A stretch of 64,000 nt of DNA from Verrucomicrobiia bacterium (GCA_963664225.1 OY760937.1:4800001-4864000); one strand, 5' to 3'; shown: positions 27,436 through 37,850, numbered from the stretch's first letter. Numbers and translations: made by a program. The notes: a model not told the origin generated them from the letters alone.

Positions 27436-28413
27436 TCAGGCCAGCGCGGCGAGTTCGGAGCGGGTCATTTCGATGATCATATCATCGAAGGAAATGACCG
27501 GTTTCCAGGCCAGGATATCTCTTGCCTTGGAGGCGTTGCCCGCCAGGTTGGACGGTTCGGAGACGCGCACGAATCGCGGATCCAGCCGGACGTGATTCTG
27601 CCAGTCCAGACCGACTGTGGCGAAGGCGCGGTCGACAACGTCCTGCACCGAATGGAGCTGGCCGGTGGCAAAGACATAATCCCCGGGCTGGTCATGCTCC
27701 AGGGCAAGCAACATGCCGCGAACGTAATCGCGGGCATGGCCCCAGTCACGCCGGGCCGAGGTGTCCCCCAGCGGAAGTTCCTTTTGAAGGCCCAGTTTGA
27801 TGGCGGCTGCGGCGTGGCAGATTTTGCGGGTGACGAAGTTTTCGCCCCTTCGCGGGGATTCGTGGTTGAACATGATCCCGTTGCAGGCGAAAAGGCCAAA
27901 GGCCTTGCGATAGACCCCGACCATCTGTGTGGCGAAGGCTTTGGCGCAGCCATAGGGATTGACCGGCGCGCACGGGGTGTTTTCGTCCTGGGGACAAATG
28001 ACCGGCTGTCCAAATATTTCGCTGGAGGAGGCATGGAAAAGCCGGGCCGGCTTGGGCAGGTCGCGAATGATTTCGAGCAGGCGCAAGGTGCCCATCGCGG
28101 TCGTTTCGCAGGTGGACTCGGGTATTTCAAAGCTCAATCCGACATGGCTCTGACCGGCGAGGTGATAAATCTGGTCGGGCGCCACCTTGAGCAGGACGCG
28201 GCGCAACGTGGTGGGGTCGTCCAGATCGGCGTAATGGAGGAAAAGCCGGCGCCCGTAAATGGCGGGATCGGAGAAAAGATGATCCAGGCGGGATCGATCC
28301 AGCGAACTGGTCCGCCGGACCAATCCATGAACCTCAATATCCCGGGCCAGCAGCAGTTCGCACAGGTAGGAACCGTCCTGACCGGTGATGCCGGTGATCA
28401 AGGCGCGGGGCAT
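27436..28413 (-). CDS. gmd: GDP-mannose 4,6-dehydratase (second copy)
   Basis: [46 protein letters not shown] and RDWG. Confidence 0.88.
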   Translation of the reverse strand: MPRALITGITGQDGSYLCELLLARDIEVHGLVRRTSSLDRSRLDHLFSDPAIYGRRLFLHYADLDDPTTLRRVLLKVAPDQIYHLAGQSHVGLSFEIPESTCETTAMGTLRLLEIIRDLPKPARLFHASSSEIFGQPVICPQDENTPCAPVNPYGCAKAFATQMVGVYRKAFGLFACNGIMFNHESPRRGENFVTRKICHAAAAIKLGLQKELPLGDTSARRDWGHARDYVRGMLLALEHDQPGDYVFATGQLHSVQDVVDRAFATVGLDWQNHVRLDPRFVRVSEPSNLAGNASKARDILAWKPVISFDDMIIEMTRSELAALA

Positions 28414-28417
28414 TGGA

Positions 28418-29431
28418 TTAGTGGCTGGGTTTGACTTTGCCCGCGAGTTGGTCGCTCAAGGCTTCCACATCCGCATCAACCATGATTTTGACCAGATCGG
28501 CGAATTTGGTTTTGGGCTCCCAGCCCAGTTTGGTCCTGGCCTTGGAGTAATCGCCGATCAGCAGATCCACCTCTGCGGGGCGGTAGTAGCGTTCGTCAAT
28601 GACGACATGCTTTTGCCAATCCAGGCCCGCATGACCAAAGGCGCACTCGAGGAACTCGCGCACGGAATGGGTTTCATTGGTCGCGATGACGTAATCATCA
28701 GGCTGGTCCTGCTGGAGGATGAGCCACATGGCTTCGACATATTCCTTGGCAAAGCCCCAATCGCGTTTGGCGTCGAGATTGCCCAGGAAAAGTTTGTCCT
28801 GAAGTCCCGCTTTGATGAGGGCGACGGCGCGCGTGATTTTGCGGGTCACAAAGGTCTCGCCCCGGCGTGGGGATTCGTGGTTGAAAAGGATCCCATTACT
28901 CGCGTGCATGCCGTAGGACTCACGATAGTTGACGGTAATCCAGTAGGCGTAAGTCTTGGCGCAGGCATAGGGGCTGCGCGGGTAGAAGGGGGTGGTCTCG
29001 GTCTGGGGCACTTCGCGGACCTTGCCATACATTTCGCTGGATGAGGCCTGGTAGAAACGAGGTCGGATGCCGGTTTCGCGAATGGCCTCAAGGAGGCGGA
29101 TGACTCCCGTGGCGGTGATGTCGGTGGTGTATTCGGGGCTGTCAAAGCTCACGCGCACATGGCTTTGAGCCGCGAGATTGTAAACTTCTTCGGGCTGGAT
29201 GCGGCCAATCAGACGGGAGAGGCCGCTTGCGTCGCTCAGATCACCATAGTGGAGGAACAGGCGGCTTTTGGAGGAGTGGGGATCCGCATAAATCGCGTCC
29301 AGGCGTCCGGTGTTAAAGGTGCTGGCACGGCGGATAATGCCATGCACTTCGTAGCCTTTTGAAAGCAATAATTCCGCCAGGTAGGAGCCATCCTGGCCGG
29401 TGATGCCGGTGATTAGAGCCTTTTTTGACAT
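28418..29431 (-). CDS. gmd: GDP-mannose 4,6-dehydratase
   Basis: [54 protein letters not shown] and RPAEVD. Confidence 0.96.
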   Translation of the reverse strand: MSKKALITGITGQDGSYLAELLLSKGYEVHGIIRRASTFNTGRLDAIYADPHSSKSRLFLHYGDLSDASGLSRLIGRIQPEEVYNLAAQSHVRVSFDSPEYTTDITATGVIRLLEAIRETGIRPRFYQASSSEMYGKVREVPQTETTPFYPRSPYACAKTYAYWITVNYRESYGMHASNGILFNHESPRRGETFVTRKITRAVALIKAGLQDKLFLGNLDAKRDWGFAKEYVEAMWLILQQDQPDDYVIATNETHSVREFLECAFGHAGLDWQKHVVIDERYYRPAEVDLLIGDYSKARTKLGWEPKTKFADLVKIMVDADVEALSDQLAGKVKPSH

Positions 29432-29667
29432 AATCGTTTTGTGTAAAATGACGCCCGCCTTTGCGGTCAGGCCAACATGAGCATGACCTTAAATCATGGC
29501 AAAAGGCGAGATGATTTTTGTTTGATTTGAGGTTTTTCGCATGCTTGCGCATCGGATCGGTCTTTTCAGGATTCTCCCGCGTTCTTTCAATGGCGGATTT
29601 GGTGTTCTTGGGACGGCACATTATCATTGCAATCAGGCTCCGGTCCTGTTCAATGCCATGCATGACG

Positions 29668-30396
29668 ATGAACCAATCCAATTTCAAGGCCTGTCTGGCG
29701 CGCGCGACCGGCGTGGTTTTGATTCTTGCGTGCGCTGGATTTGCGGCGTTGGCGGCGGATAAGGCCAGGGAGCCTCAGGAGGTCGATCCCGGCGCCGCAG
29801 GTGGAGCCCCGTCCGACGCAGTGGTGCTTTTCGACGGCAAGGATCTTTCCAAATGGCGCGGTGAAAAGGGCGGCGAGGCACGGTGGGAGGTGGCCGGAGG
29901 CTGCGCCACGGTCAACGGCACCGGCAGTCTTTTTACAAAGGAAGTATTCGGGGATGTGCAATTGCATCTGGAATGGGCCTCGCCGCAAAAGGTTGAGGGA
30001 GAAGGCCAGGGCCGCGGGAACAGCGGGGTGTATTTCCAGGGCCGGTATGAAATTCAGGTGCTCGATTGCTACCATAACAAAACCTATTTCGACGGTATGA
30101 CCGGGGCGTTCTACAGTAACTTTGCCCCTTTGGTGAATGCCTGCCGCAAGCCGGGAGAGTGGCAGTCTTACGACATTGTCTTTCACGCGCCAAGGCCGGC
30201 TGCGGATGGCAAAAGCGTGGAACCGGGTTCCCTCACGGTGTTTCTGAACGGGATTCTGGTGCAGGACCATGTCCCGGTCAAAGGCTCCACCACGTCGGCC
30301 GCCTTTACAGGCGCGGTGGTCAAAGGCCCTTTGATGCTCCAGGACCATGGCAATCCAGTGCGTTACCGCAACATCTGGCTGCGCCCTTTGAACTAA
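29668..30396 (+). CDS. DUF1080 family secreted protein (3-keto-glycoside hydratase/hydrolase family)
   Basis: Signal peptide; PSDAVVLFDGKDLSKW, GNSGVY, YEIQVLD, GEWQSYDI, LQDHG and YRNIW. Confidence 0.9.
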   Translation: MNQSNFKACLARATGVVLILACAGFAALAADKAREPQEVDPGAAGGAPSDAVVLFDGKDLSKWRGEKGGEARWEVAGGCATVNGTGSLFTKEVFGDVQLHLEWASPQKVEGEGQGRGNSGVYFQGRYEIQVLDCYHNKTYFDGMTGAFYSNFAPLVNACRKPGEWQSYDIVFHAPRPAADGKSVEPGSLTVFLNGILVQDHVPVKGSTTSAAFTGAVVKGPLMLQDHGNPVRYRNIWLRPLN

Positions 30397-30473
30397 CCCC
30401 AGTCGCTCAATGGAACGGGCGCCTGACGACCATCGTTTTCCAAAATCAATTCTGAATATTAATCAATCCACAC

Positions 30474-30803
30474 ATGTCCAAACTACCTGAGAAGTTCGAA
30501 GCTGTTTCCGTTGTTACCAAGGCCAATGTTTATTTTGACGGTAAAGTGGTGAGCCACACGGTCCTGTTCAAAGATGGCGCGAAGAAGACCTTGGGACTTA
30601 TCTATCCGGGTAAATACCATTTTGGGACCGAAGCGTCGGAGCGGATGGAGTTGGTCGCCGGAGATTGCGTTATCCAAATTGACGGACAACAGACCAAGGC
30701 TTCGTTCGGAGCGGGTCAGGCCTTTGAGGTGCCCGCCCATTCGGGTTTCGATATTGAGGTGCGCCAGGGTATTTGCGAGTATATTTGCTCCTATCTTCCT
30801 TAG
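30474..30803 (+). CDS. ppnP: Pyrimidine/purine nucleoside phosphorylase (DUF1255)
   Basis: KANVYFDGKVVS, KTLG, YHFGT..E.M, FEVPAHSGF and YICSY. Confidence 0.92.
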   Translation: MSKLPEKFEAVSVVTKANVYFDGKVVSHTVLFKDGAKKTLGLIYPGKYHFGTEASERMELVAGDCVIQIDGQQTKASFGAGQAFEVPAHSGFDIEVRQGICEYICSYLP

Positions 30804-30913
30804 CCGCAGGTTTATGCTTTGGTGAGGGAATTGTTTTCGGGGCGGGTGACCTTTTATCTTGAGCGTAAATTTTAAAAATGTAATAATTGAATGTAAGGAC
30901 CACCGTTTCCCAA

Positions 30914-32011
30914 ATGCATAAAATATTGGTTATCGACGACGAAGCGCCATTGCGCCAGCTCATATTGGCGGCGTTGCGGACCAAAGGTTTTACGGGCTTG
31001 GAGGCGGAAAACGGCCAGGTGGGTGTCGATATGGCTCGAAACCACCTTCCCGATCTGGTTTTATGCGATGTGATGATGCCGTGCATGGACGGTTATGCAA
31101 CCGTGGCGGCACTGCGCCGCGAACCCACCACGACGGCGATTCCCATTGTGTTGATGACCGGGCGGCCTGACAACGCGGGAATGCGCCAGGGTATGAACAT
31201 GGGCGCGGACGATTACCTCCCCAAGCCGTTCAGCATAGAGGAGCTTCTGGCCACCGTCGAGGCCCGGATCAAGATGCAGCAGGCCATCAGGCAGGAGGCG
31301 GAAAAGAAGCTTTCTGAACTCAGGACCAACATCAGCCTGGCCATGCCGCATGAATTATTCACCCCGCTAAGCGGGATCATAGGCTTTGCAGACCTTCTTA
31401 CCGGGGATACTACAGGAATGCAGCCCGAGGAAATCTCCGAAATTGGACGGGCCATCGCGACATCCGCCGAGCGCCTGCACCGGGTGATCGAAAATTATTT
31501 GATTTACGCCCAGATCGAGATTCTTGCCGCGGACATGGAAAGAGTGGCCCAACTCAAGGAAGGACTGACGACGAACGCCAGGGAAATCATCCATTTGGAG
31601 GCCACCACACTGGCCACCAAAACCGAACGGGCGGCGGATTTGCAGGTGGAGATTGAGGAGGGTTCCGTGGCCATGCTCGACGAGTATTTGCGCAAGGTCA
31701 TCGGTGAGGTGACCGGCAACGCCTTTAAGTTTTCAGAACCGGGCACCCCGGTCGTGGTGCGTGGCAGTGTGACACGCGACGGCTATGCCGTTTCAATCGA
31801 AGATCAGGGGCGGGGGATGTCCGCCGGACAAATCGCGCGCACTGGCGCCTACATGCAGTTCGAGCGCAAAGTTTACGAACAACAAGGCTCAGGCCTGGGT
31901 TTGGTGATCGCGCGGCGTTTAATGGAAATTCACGGCGGCACTTTGTCCATCGCAAGCGAGCCAGGCACGGGAACGACCGTGACCGTGCGCTTCCCAGGCA
32001 GGACTTCCTGA
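30914..32011 (+). CDS. Hybrid response regulator/histidine kinase (REC-HisKA-HATPase)
   Basis: ILVIDDE...LCDVMMP...GADDYLPKPF; H-box HELFTPL; NAFKFS, DQGRG and GSGLGL. Confidence 0.92.
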   Translation: MHKILVIDDEAPLRQLILAALRTKGFTGLEAENGQVGVDMARNHLPDLVLCDVMMPCMDGYATVAALRREPTTTAIPIVLMTGRPDNAGMRQGMNMGADDYLPKPFSIEELLATVEARIKMQQAIRQEAEKKLSELRTNISLAMPHELFTPLSGIIGFADLLTGDTTGMQPEEISEIGRAIATSAERLHRVIENYLIYAQIEILAADMERVAQLKEGLTTNAREIIHLEATTLATKTERAADLQVEIEEGSVAMLDEYLRKVIGEVTGNAFKFSEPGTPVVVRGSVTRDGYAVSIEDQGRGMSAGQIARTGAYMQFERKVYEQQGSGLGLVIARRLMEIHGGTLSIASEPGTGTTVTVRFPGRTS

Positions 32012-32256
32012 TTTCCGCCAGACTCCATTTTTGCGTCAACCGGCATTGGCTCGTTTAAAATCTCAAGAGATGGCTTTGTTTGCAGCGCCATGCTTCAAGC
32101 CCGCGAGCGATTCCGGAAGCCGGTGAAGGCCCTTTCGGGCGATCAGGCCGAAGGCGCGTTAGAGTCAATATAAACTTTTAAATCAGCCGGTTAAATGCCG
32201 CTTTGACGATGGATTCGTTGCGGGTGTAGATTATTCAGGTCATCCATGAGGCTGCT

Positions 32257-32589
32257 ATGATACATAACAGGATTGAGGAATTGGAAAAAAAGATCACCGG
32301 TGCGCCCAACGTCAACGAAGAAACCAGAGGTGAATTGTTGAAGCTGGTGTCTGAAATAAAGCGGGAAATATCCGCTTTGCCGCAAGGTCAGTCCGATCAG
32401 GCTCAAAGCATAGCGGGTTTTGCGGCGGTCACGGCCCATGAGGCGGTGCGCGCGGAACAGAATCCGCAGCTCCTCCGCCTCTCCGTGGAAGGGCTTCAGG
32501 CATCGGTCAATGGATTTGAGAATACGCATCCCGGCCTGGTGCAGGCCGTCAATTCCTTTTGCCGGACACTGTCCAATCTGGGCATTTGA
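32257..32589 (+). CDS. Small helical hypothetical protein (DUF4404-like)
   Basis: C-terminal FENTHPGLVQAVNSFCRTLSNLGI resembles the DUF4404 ending; GAGG upstream. Confidence 0.7.
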   Translation: MIHNRIEELEKKITGAPNVNEETRGELLKLVSEIKREISALPQGQSDQAQSIAGFAAVTAHEAVRAEQNPQLLRLSVEGLQASVNGFENTHPGLVQAVNSFCRTLSNLGI

Positions 32590-32764
32590 AAGCGTGAAAG
32601 CGCGTCGGCTCCGGTGGCTTCCTTGCCAGCCGATGGCCAAGGGAGGCGCGATTTCCAATCTGGTTGCAACGTCGCAGGTGTGCAAATAAGAGGGTTGGAA
32701 TTGAGTGGATTGGGACCCCATGAAAGGGTCGGCGGATGCTAGTCAGGGAACCATTAATCAAAAC

Positions 32765-33559
32765 ATGAAACAGCCTTTTAAGATTACAGGGAAGGTTCAG
32801 ATCAAGAATTTGAAGCCGGATTTTCACAATGGCATGGAGAAGGCCGATGCGCGTGAAGAAACCGAGAAATACGGCAAGCGCATTGGGGACTTGCAGACGC
32901 TACTCTATGCCAACGCGGACCGTGCGGTTGTCATCCTTTTTCAGGGCATGGATGCCAGCGGCAAAGACGGCGCGGTCAAACGGGTGCTGGAATTTGTCAA
33001 TCCAGCCGGCGTGGATACGACGAATTTCAAGGCGCCATCCTCCGAAGAGCGCGCGCATGATTACCTGTGGCGGGTGCACAAGGCGGTGCCGAGGTTTGGG
33101 TATATCGGGGTGTTCAATCGCTCGCATTACGAGGAGGTCTTGATCGTGCGGGTGATGAATCTGCAGCCGGAAAAAGTCTGGAAAAAGCGCTACGACCAGA
33201 TCAACGCATTCGAACGTTATCTCTCGGAGAACAACGTCCTGTTGCTGAAATATTTCCTGCATATCAGCAAGGAGGAGCAGGCCAGGCGCTTTGAGGAGCG
33301 ATTGCAGGACCCGCGGAAAAACTGGAAGTTTTCCGAGGACGATTTGAAGGTGCGCGCCCATTGGGATGCCTATCAGGCGGCCTTTGAGGAGATGCTCAAC
33401 CGCTGCAGCACGACCTGCGCGCCTTGGCATGTGGTGCCGGCCGATCATAAATGGTATCGGGACTATGTCATCGCGCGGCATGTGGCGGAAGTTCTTGAGG
33501 GGTTGAAAATGAAGTGGCCCAGGCCCATCGCGGACCCTTCGAAAATCAAGGTCGTCTAG
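32765..33559 (+). CDS. ppk2: Polyphosphate kinase 2 family (class III-like)
   Basis: QGMDASGKDG Walker A, FKAPS.EE.HDYLWR, FNRSHYE and KNWKFS..D. Confidence 0.93.
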   Translation: MKQPFKITGKVQIKNLKPDFHNGMEKADAREETEKYGKRIGDLQTLLYANADRAVVILFQGMDASGKDGAVKRVLEFVNPAGVDTTNFKAPSSEERAHDYLWRVHKAVPRFGYIGVFNRSHYEEVLIVRVMNLQPEKVWKKRYDQINAFERYLSENNVLLLKYFLHISKEEQARRFEERLQDPRKNWKFSEDDLKVRAHWDAYQAAFEEMLNRCSTTCAPWHVVPADHKWYRDYVIARHVAEVLEGLKMKWPRPIADPSKIKVV

Positions 33560-33753
33560 GAAAAGCTTTGCGGCAGGGGCGTTGGCAGGAAGTTAAAAGC
33601 TGTTTTAAGGACGGTGACAGGCTTTGGCATCTGGATTTTTCATTGATTTGGCAAAGCCCCTCGTGCAGTGTCCCATTCATTGCTTTGTGAACACACGTCC
33701 TGGATGGCATGGGTGTGTTTTTCATTCAGTGGAAATCGCTTTTATCTGAATTT

Positions 33754-34863
33754 ATGTCGATGGATCAGGAACATTTTATTGAGGACATATCTCGCCAGTT
33801 TCAAATTTATGGCGAAATACTCCACGCCGAGCCTTGTAAAATCGGTCATATCAACGAAACCTTCGCTGCCACGTATGCCCAGGCGGGAACGCGGGTGCGT
33901 TATATCCATCAGAAGATCAACCAGAACGTGTTCAAGGACCCGGAGTCGTTGATGAACAACTTGACCCGCGTGACCACCCACATCCGCAACAAGCTCTCCA
34001 GTCGCGGCGAGCGGGATGTGACACGTAAGGCGCTGATCCTGGTGCCGGCACGGGACGGGCGTCCGTTTCACAGGAATGGGGATGGGGACTATTGGAGGAC
34101 GTTTTTCTTCGTCGAAGGGGCGCAAACTTTTGAGGCGGTGCAAACAACCGCGCAGGCTTTTCAGGCCGGTTGCGCTTTCGGCAATTTTCAAAGTTTATTG
34201 GTGGATCTGCCCGGCGAACGCCTGGTCGAGACCATTCCGGGATTTCATAACACGCGCAAGCGCTTTGACCATTTTCAAAAGATTGCAGGAGAGGATCATT
34301 GCAATCGGGCCCAGAGCGCCGCGGCGGAGATCGATTTTGCCCTGCGGCATGAGGGGATTGTGGATGTTCTTTTGAATGCGCTGGCCAGCGGCCAGATACC
34401 GGAGCGGATCACGCATAATGATACCAAGTTCAACAATGTCATGCTCGACAACGCGACAGGCAGCCAGATCTGCGTGCTCGATCTGGATACCGTGATGCCC
34501 GGTCTGGTGTTGTACGATTTCGGCGATATGGTGCGCACCACCACCAGTTCCACCCTCGAGGATGAGAAGGATCTGTCGCGCGTTCAAATGCAAATGCCGA
34601 TGTTTGAGGCCCTGACGCGCGGTTATCTCGAGGCGGCCGGTGAGTTTCTGACTCCGACGGAAAAGGCGCTCCTGGCCTTTTCGGGCAAATTGATCACCTT
34701 TACCATCGGTTTGCGGTTTCTCACGGATTACCTTGCGGGCGACAAATATTTTCGCGTGCACCGGCCGGGGCACAATCTCGACCGATGCCGCACTCAGTTC
34801 AAGCTCATGGAATCGATCGAACAGCAGGAAGAGGCCATGCAAAATTTAATCGACCGGATTTGA
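33754..34863 (+). CDS. Aminoglycoside phosphotransferase-family kinase (N-acetylhexosamine kinase-like)
   Basis: GHINETF, QKIN..VF, ETIPGFH, HNDTKFNN, DLDTVMPG, YDFGD and RFLTDYL. Confidence 0.85.
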   Translation: MSMDQEHFIEDISRQFQIYGEILHAEPCKIGHINETFAATYAQAGTRVRYIHQKINQNVFKDPESLMNNLTRVTTHIRNKLSSRGERDVTRKALILVPARDGRPFHRNGDGDYWRTFFFVEGAQTFEAVQTTAQAFQAGCAFGNFQSLLVDLPGERLVETIPGFHNTRKRFDHFQKIAGEDHCNRAQSAAAEIDFALRHEGIVDVLLNALASGQIPERITHNDTKFNNVMLDNATGSQICVLDLDTVMPGLVLYDFGDMVRTTTSSTLEDEKDLSRVQMQMPMFEALTRGYLEAAGEFLTPTEKALLAFSGKLITFTIGLRFLTDYLAGDKYFRVHRPGHNLDRCRTQFKLMESIEQQEEAMQNLIDRI

Positions 34864-34920
34864 CCGCAACCTGATCGACCGGCATATTTCCCGCCGCTGC
34901 AATTTCCAAAGTGCCAAAGT

Positions 34921-36303
34921 TCATCCGCGGCGCGCATGCCCACGCTTGCGTGCCATCAGGCGCGAGAGGCAGAAGGCCATTTCCAGCGCCTGCTCGCAAT
35001 TCAGCCGGGGATCGACCGGGGTCAGATACGCCCGGCCCAGGTCAGCTTCGGTAATGCCGCTGGACCCGCCGATGCACTCGGTCACATTTTGCCCGGTCAG
35101 CTCGAAGTGAACCCCGCCCAGATGGGATCCACACTGTTGGTGAATGGCAAAGGACTGCTCCAGTTCGGAAAGGATCTTTTCGAACCGCCGGGTCTTTATT
35201 CCCGTGGAAGTGACTTCGGTGTTTCCGTGCATGGGATCGCAGCTCCAGAGAACGTCCTTGCCCCGGCTTCGCACCGCTTCAATGACAGGGGGCAGGGATT
35301 TCTCAACATGATCGGCCCCGAAGCGGTGAATGAACGTGAGCCGACCGGGTTCGTTTAGTGGATTGAGAAGGTCGCACAACGCCAGCACCTCATCGGGTTC
35401 GATGGGGTGGCCTATTTTCACCGCTATCGGATTCTGGATGCCGCGAAAATATTCAAGGTGGGCGCCGCCCAGGGCGCGGGTGCGATTGCCGATCCAGGGG
35501 AAATGGGAGCTGAGATTATACCAGCCGCTGCGGCGGGGCACCTGCCGGGTCTGGGCCTGCTCGTAAAGCAGATGCAAGCCTTCATGGCTCGTAAAGAAAT
35601 CGACCCGGTTCATCTGGGCCAGGCTGTTGCCGGTGAGCGTTTCCATGAACCGCACCGATTCGGTAATGCTCTCGACCATTCGCGTGTATTCCGCTGCCAG
35701 GGGAGATTTGCGGACAAATTCCAGATCCCAATACTCGGGATGGTGCAGGTCGGCGAAGCCGCCATCGATGAGCGCGCGGATGAAATTGACGGTCAAGGCC
35801 GCATGTTCGTAGCCACGCAATAGATAGGTCGGATTGGGTGTCCGCGAGGCAAGATCGAATTCCGGCCGGTTGATCAGGTCGCCGCGATAAGGCGGGAGGG
35901 TGACTCCCTTTTTGGTTTCAGTGTTTGAGGAACGCGGTTTGGCGTATTGGCCTCCGAAACGGCCGACACGGATCACCCGTTTGCGGCCACCCTGCACCAG
36001 CACAAGACTCATCTGGAGAAGCACTTTGAGCTTTGCGGTAATCAACACCGCTTCGCAGTCCTCAAAGCTTTCCGAGCAATCGCCACCCTGGAGGAGAAAA
36101 CGCTCGCCGCGCGCGGCTTCGGCCAGTTGAGACTTGAGGCTCTCGACCTCCCAACTGGTCACCAGCGGGGGGAGGTGGGAAAGCTGCTTCAGAACAGCCT
36201 GCAAAGCCTCGGCGTCGGGATAAACCGGCTGCTGCGCCGCCGCCTTTTCCTGCCAGCCATCCGGCCGCCATCCACTCGATTCAGGTGTGTTTTTCATGTC
36301 CAT
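34921..36303 (-). CDS. Class II DAHP synthase (3-deoxy-7-phosphoheptulonate synthase)
   Basis: QQPVYPD, QGGDCSE, GQYAKPRS, YRGD, TSHE, WIGNRTR, CDPMHGNT, GGVHFELTG and DPRLN. Confidence 0.95.
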   Translation of the reverse strand: MDMKNTPESSGWRPDGWQEKAAAQQPVYPDAEALQAVLKQLSHLPPLVTSWEVESLKSQLAEAARGERFLLQGGDCSESFEDCEAVLITAKLKVLLQMSLVLVQGGRKRVIRVGRFGGQYAKPRSSNTETKKGVTLPPYRGDLINRPEFDLASRTPNPTYLLRGYEHAALTVNFIRALIDGGFADLHHPEYWDLEFVRKSPLAAEYTRMVESITESVRFMETLTGNSLAQMNRVDFFTSHEGLHLLYEQAQTRQVPRRSGWYNLSSHFPWIGNRTRALGGAHLEYFRGIQNPIAVKIGHPIEPDEVLALCDLLNPLNEPGRLTFIHRFGADHVEKSLPPVIEAVRSRGKDVLWSCDPMHGNTEVTSTGIKTRRFEKILSELEQSFAIHQQCGSHLGGVHFELTGQNVTECIGGSSGITEADLGRAYLTPVDPRLNCEQALEMAFCLSRLMARKRGHARRG

Positions 36304-36524
36304 GTCGCTCTGAATATAAAGCCTGCCACGCAAACGGTTCCCTGACCAAACAATTCTAGGGTTCCGGTTTGAAAAACCGTTGCCGCTATTGACCCAATTG
36401 GAACGTTTTCCAAAGAATGTAAATGGAAAGAATGTAAAATAACTTGGACAAGCGCAATTCCTGGCATTGACAGCCTCAGCGTCTATGGCGAGTCTGCGCG
36501 CGCAATTGTTCTAGCAACCATTGC

Positions 36525-36554
36525 TTGACAAAAAGAAATGTGTGATTATATAAA
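36525..36554 (+). promoter_or_regulatory. Putative sigma70 promoter of emrAB
   Basis: TTGACA (36525-36530)-N18-TATAAA (36549-36554). Confidence 0.5.
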
Positions 36555-36599
36555 CACCACAATTGTCAGGATGTTAAGTGCATATTTGGATTTGAGCGC

Positions 36600-37835
36600 A
36601 TGAACGAAGAAAAACCGATCGCATTCGAAGAACGAACCACACCCGATGTGGGATCGCGGAAAAAAAAGGCGCAGCCGGCCGCGCGTCTGATTCTTCTGTT
36701 CATGGCCGGCGCCCTGCTGACCGTGGGTTTCTTCTACGGCCTCCAGTACACCGTCATGACCTTCACGCATGAATCGACAGACGATGCGTTTATTCAGGCG
36801 CATGTGGTGTCCGTGGCTCCACGGGTCGCCGGGCAGGTCCAGGCTGTGCATGTCAATGACAACCAACTGGTGAAAAAAGGGGACGCTCTGGTGGAATTGG
36901 ATCCCCGCGACTATGAAATGCGCCTGGCTCTAAAGCGGGATGCAATCGCCGCGGCCAACGCAAACCTCGACTCTGCCCAGGCCGGTCTGGCTTTGATGAA
37001 GGCGCGGCTGGAAACCGCCGAGGCGAATCAGCGCCAGGAAAAGGCCCATGCGGACTCTTCCAGGGCCACCGCGGATCGCGCCCAGGCCGATCTGAAACGA
37101 AACGAAATTCTGCGCGAAAAGGGTGTGGTGTCAGCGGGCGAATTCGACCGTGCGCGCGCCGAGGCCGAATCGGCGGCGGCGGATCGCATTGCTGGTGAAC
37201 AGAAGGCGGATGCGGCGACATCGCAGGTCGCCGAAGCGCGGGCGCAGGTCGGTCTTACATTGACGATGGTGAACAGCGCCTTGACGAAGACAAAACAGGC
37301 GGGCACGGACAAGGAAGTCGGCGAATTGGATCTTTCGTACACGCATATCGTGGCGCCCTGCGACGGGCGCGTGACCCGCAAAGCGGTCGAGCCAGGGGAC
37401 TATGTCCAGGTTGGCCAATCGCTACTCGCATTGGTGCCAACAAACGTCTGGATCGCGGCCAATTTCAAGGAAACTCAGCTCGCAGAGGTGCGTCCCGGGC
37501 AGGCAGTGGAGATTCATATCGACGCCTACCCCGGCAAGAGCTGGCAGGGCCATGTGGACAGCATCATGGCCGGCAGCGGGGCAAGCTTCAGCATGTTGCC
37601 GCCGGAGAACGCGGTTGGAAATTTCGTGAAGGTCGTTCAGCGCGTCCCGGTGAAGATTCTCTTTGACGATCCACCGGCGCCCGACCGGACTCTTGGTCCC
37701 GGCATGTCAGTCATCCCATCCGTGCGCACCAGCGCCTTTGTGCTACCAGCAATGGTTTTGTGGATCGGAGCGCTCGTGCTGGCGGTGCTGACGACTCTGG
37801 GCCTGGCCCGAGTGATCGCCCATCTGCAGAATTGA
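36600..37835 (+). CDS. emrA: HlyD/EmrA family periplasmic adaptor
   Basis: N-terminal TM, ESTDDAF, coiled-coil hairpin, ANFKETQL and FSMLPPENAVGNFVKVVQRVPV. Confidence 0.92.
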   Translation: MNEEKPIAFEERTTPDVGSRKKKAQPAARLILLFMAGALLTVGFFYGLQYTVMTFTHESTDDAFIQAHVVSVAPRVAGQVQAVHVNDNQLVKKGDALVELDPRDYEMRLALKRDAIAAANANLDSAQAGLALMKARLETAEANQRQEKAHADSSRATADRAQADLKRNEILREKGVVSAGEFDRARAEAESAAADRIAGEQKADAATSQVAEARAQVGLTLTMVNSALTKTKQAGTDKEVGELDLSYTHIVAPCDGRVTRKAVEPGDYVQVGQSLLALVPTNVWIAANFKETQLAEVRPGQAVEIHIDAYPGKSWQGHVDSIMAGSGASFSMLPPENAVGNFVKVVQRVPVKILFDDPPAPDRTLGPGMSVIPSVRTSAFVLPAMVLWIGALVLAVLTTLGLARVIAHLQN

Positions 37836-37850
37836 GGCGCCACAATTCCC

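Noticed and set aside
27433..29044. 333-aa and 219-aa + strand ORFs
   Set aside because: Antisense shadows of the two gmd genes.
32590..32764. GC-rich hairpins upstream of ppk2
   Set aside because: No match to a riboswitch consensus I know; such stems are expected by chance at this GC content.
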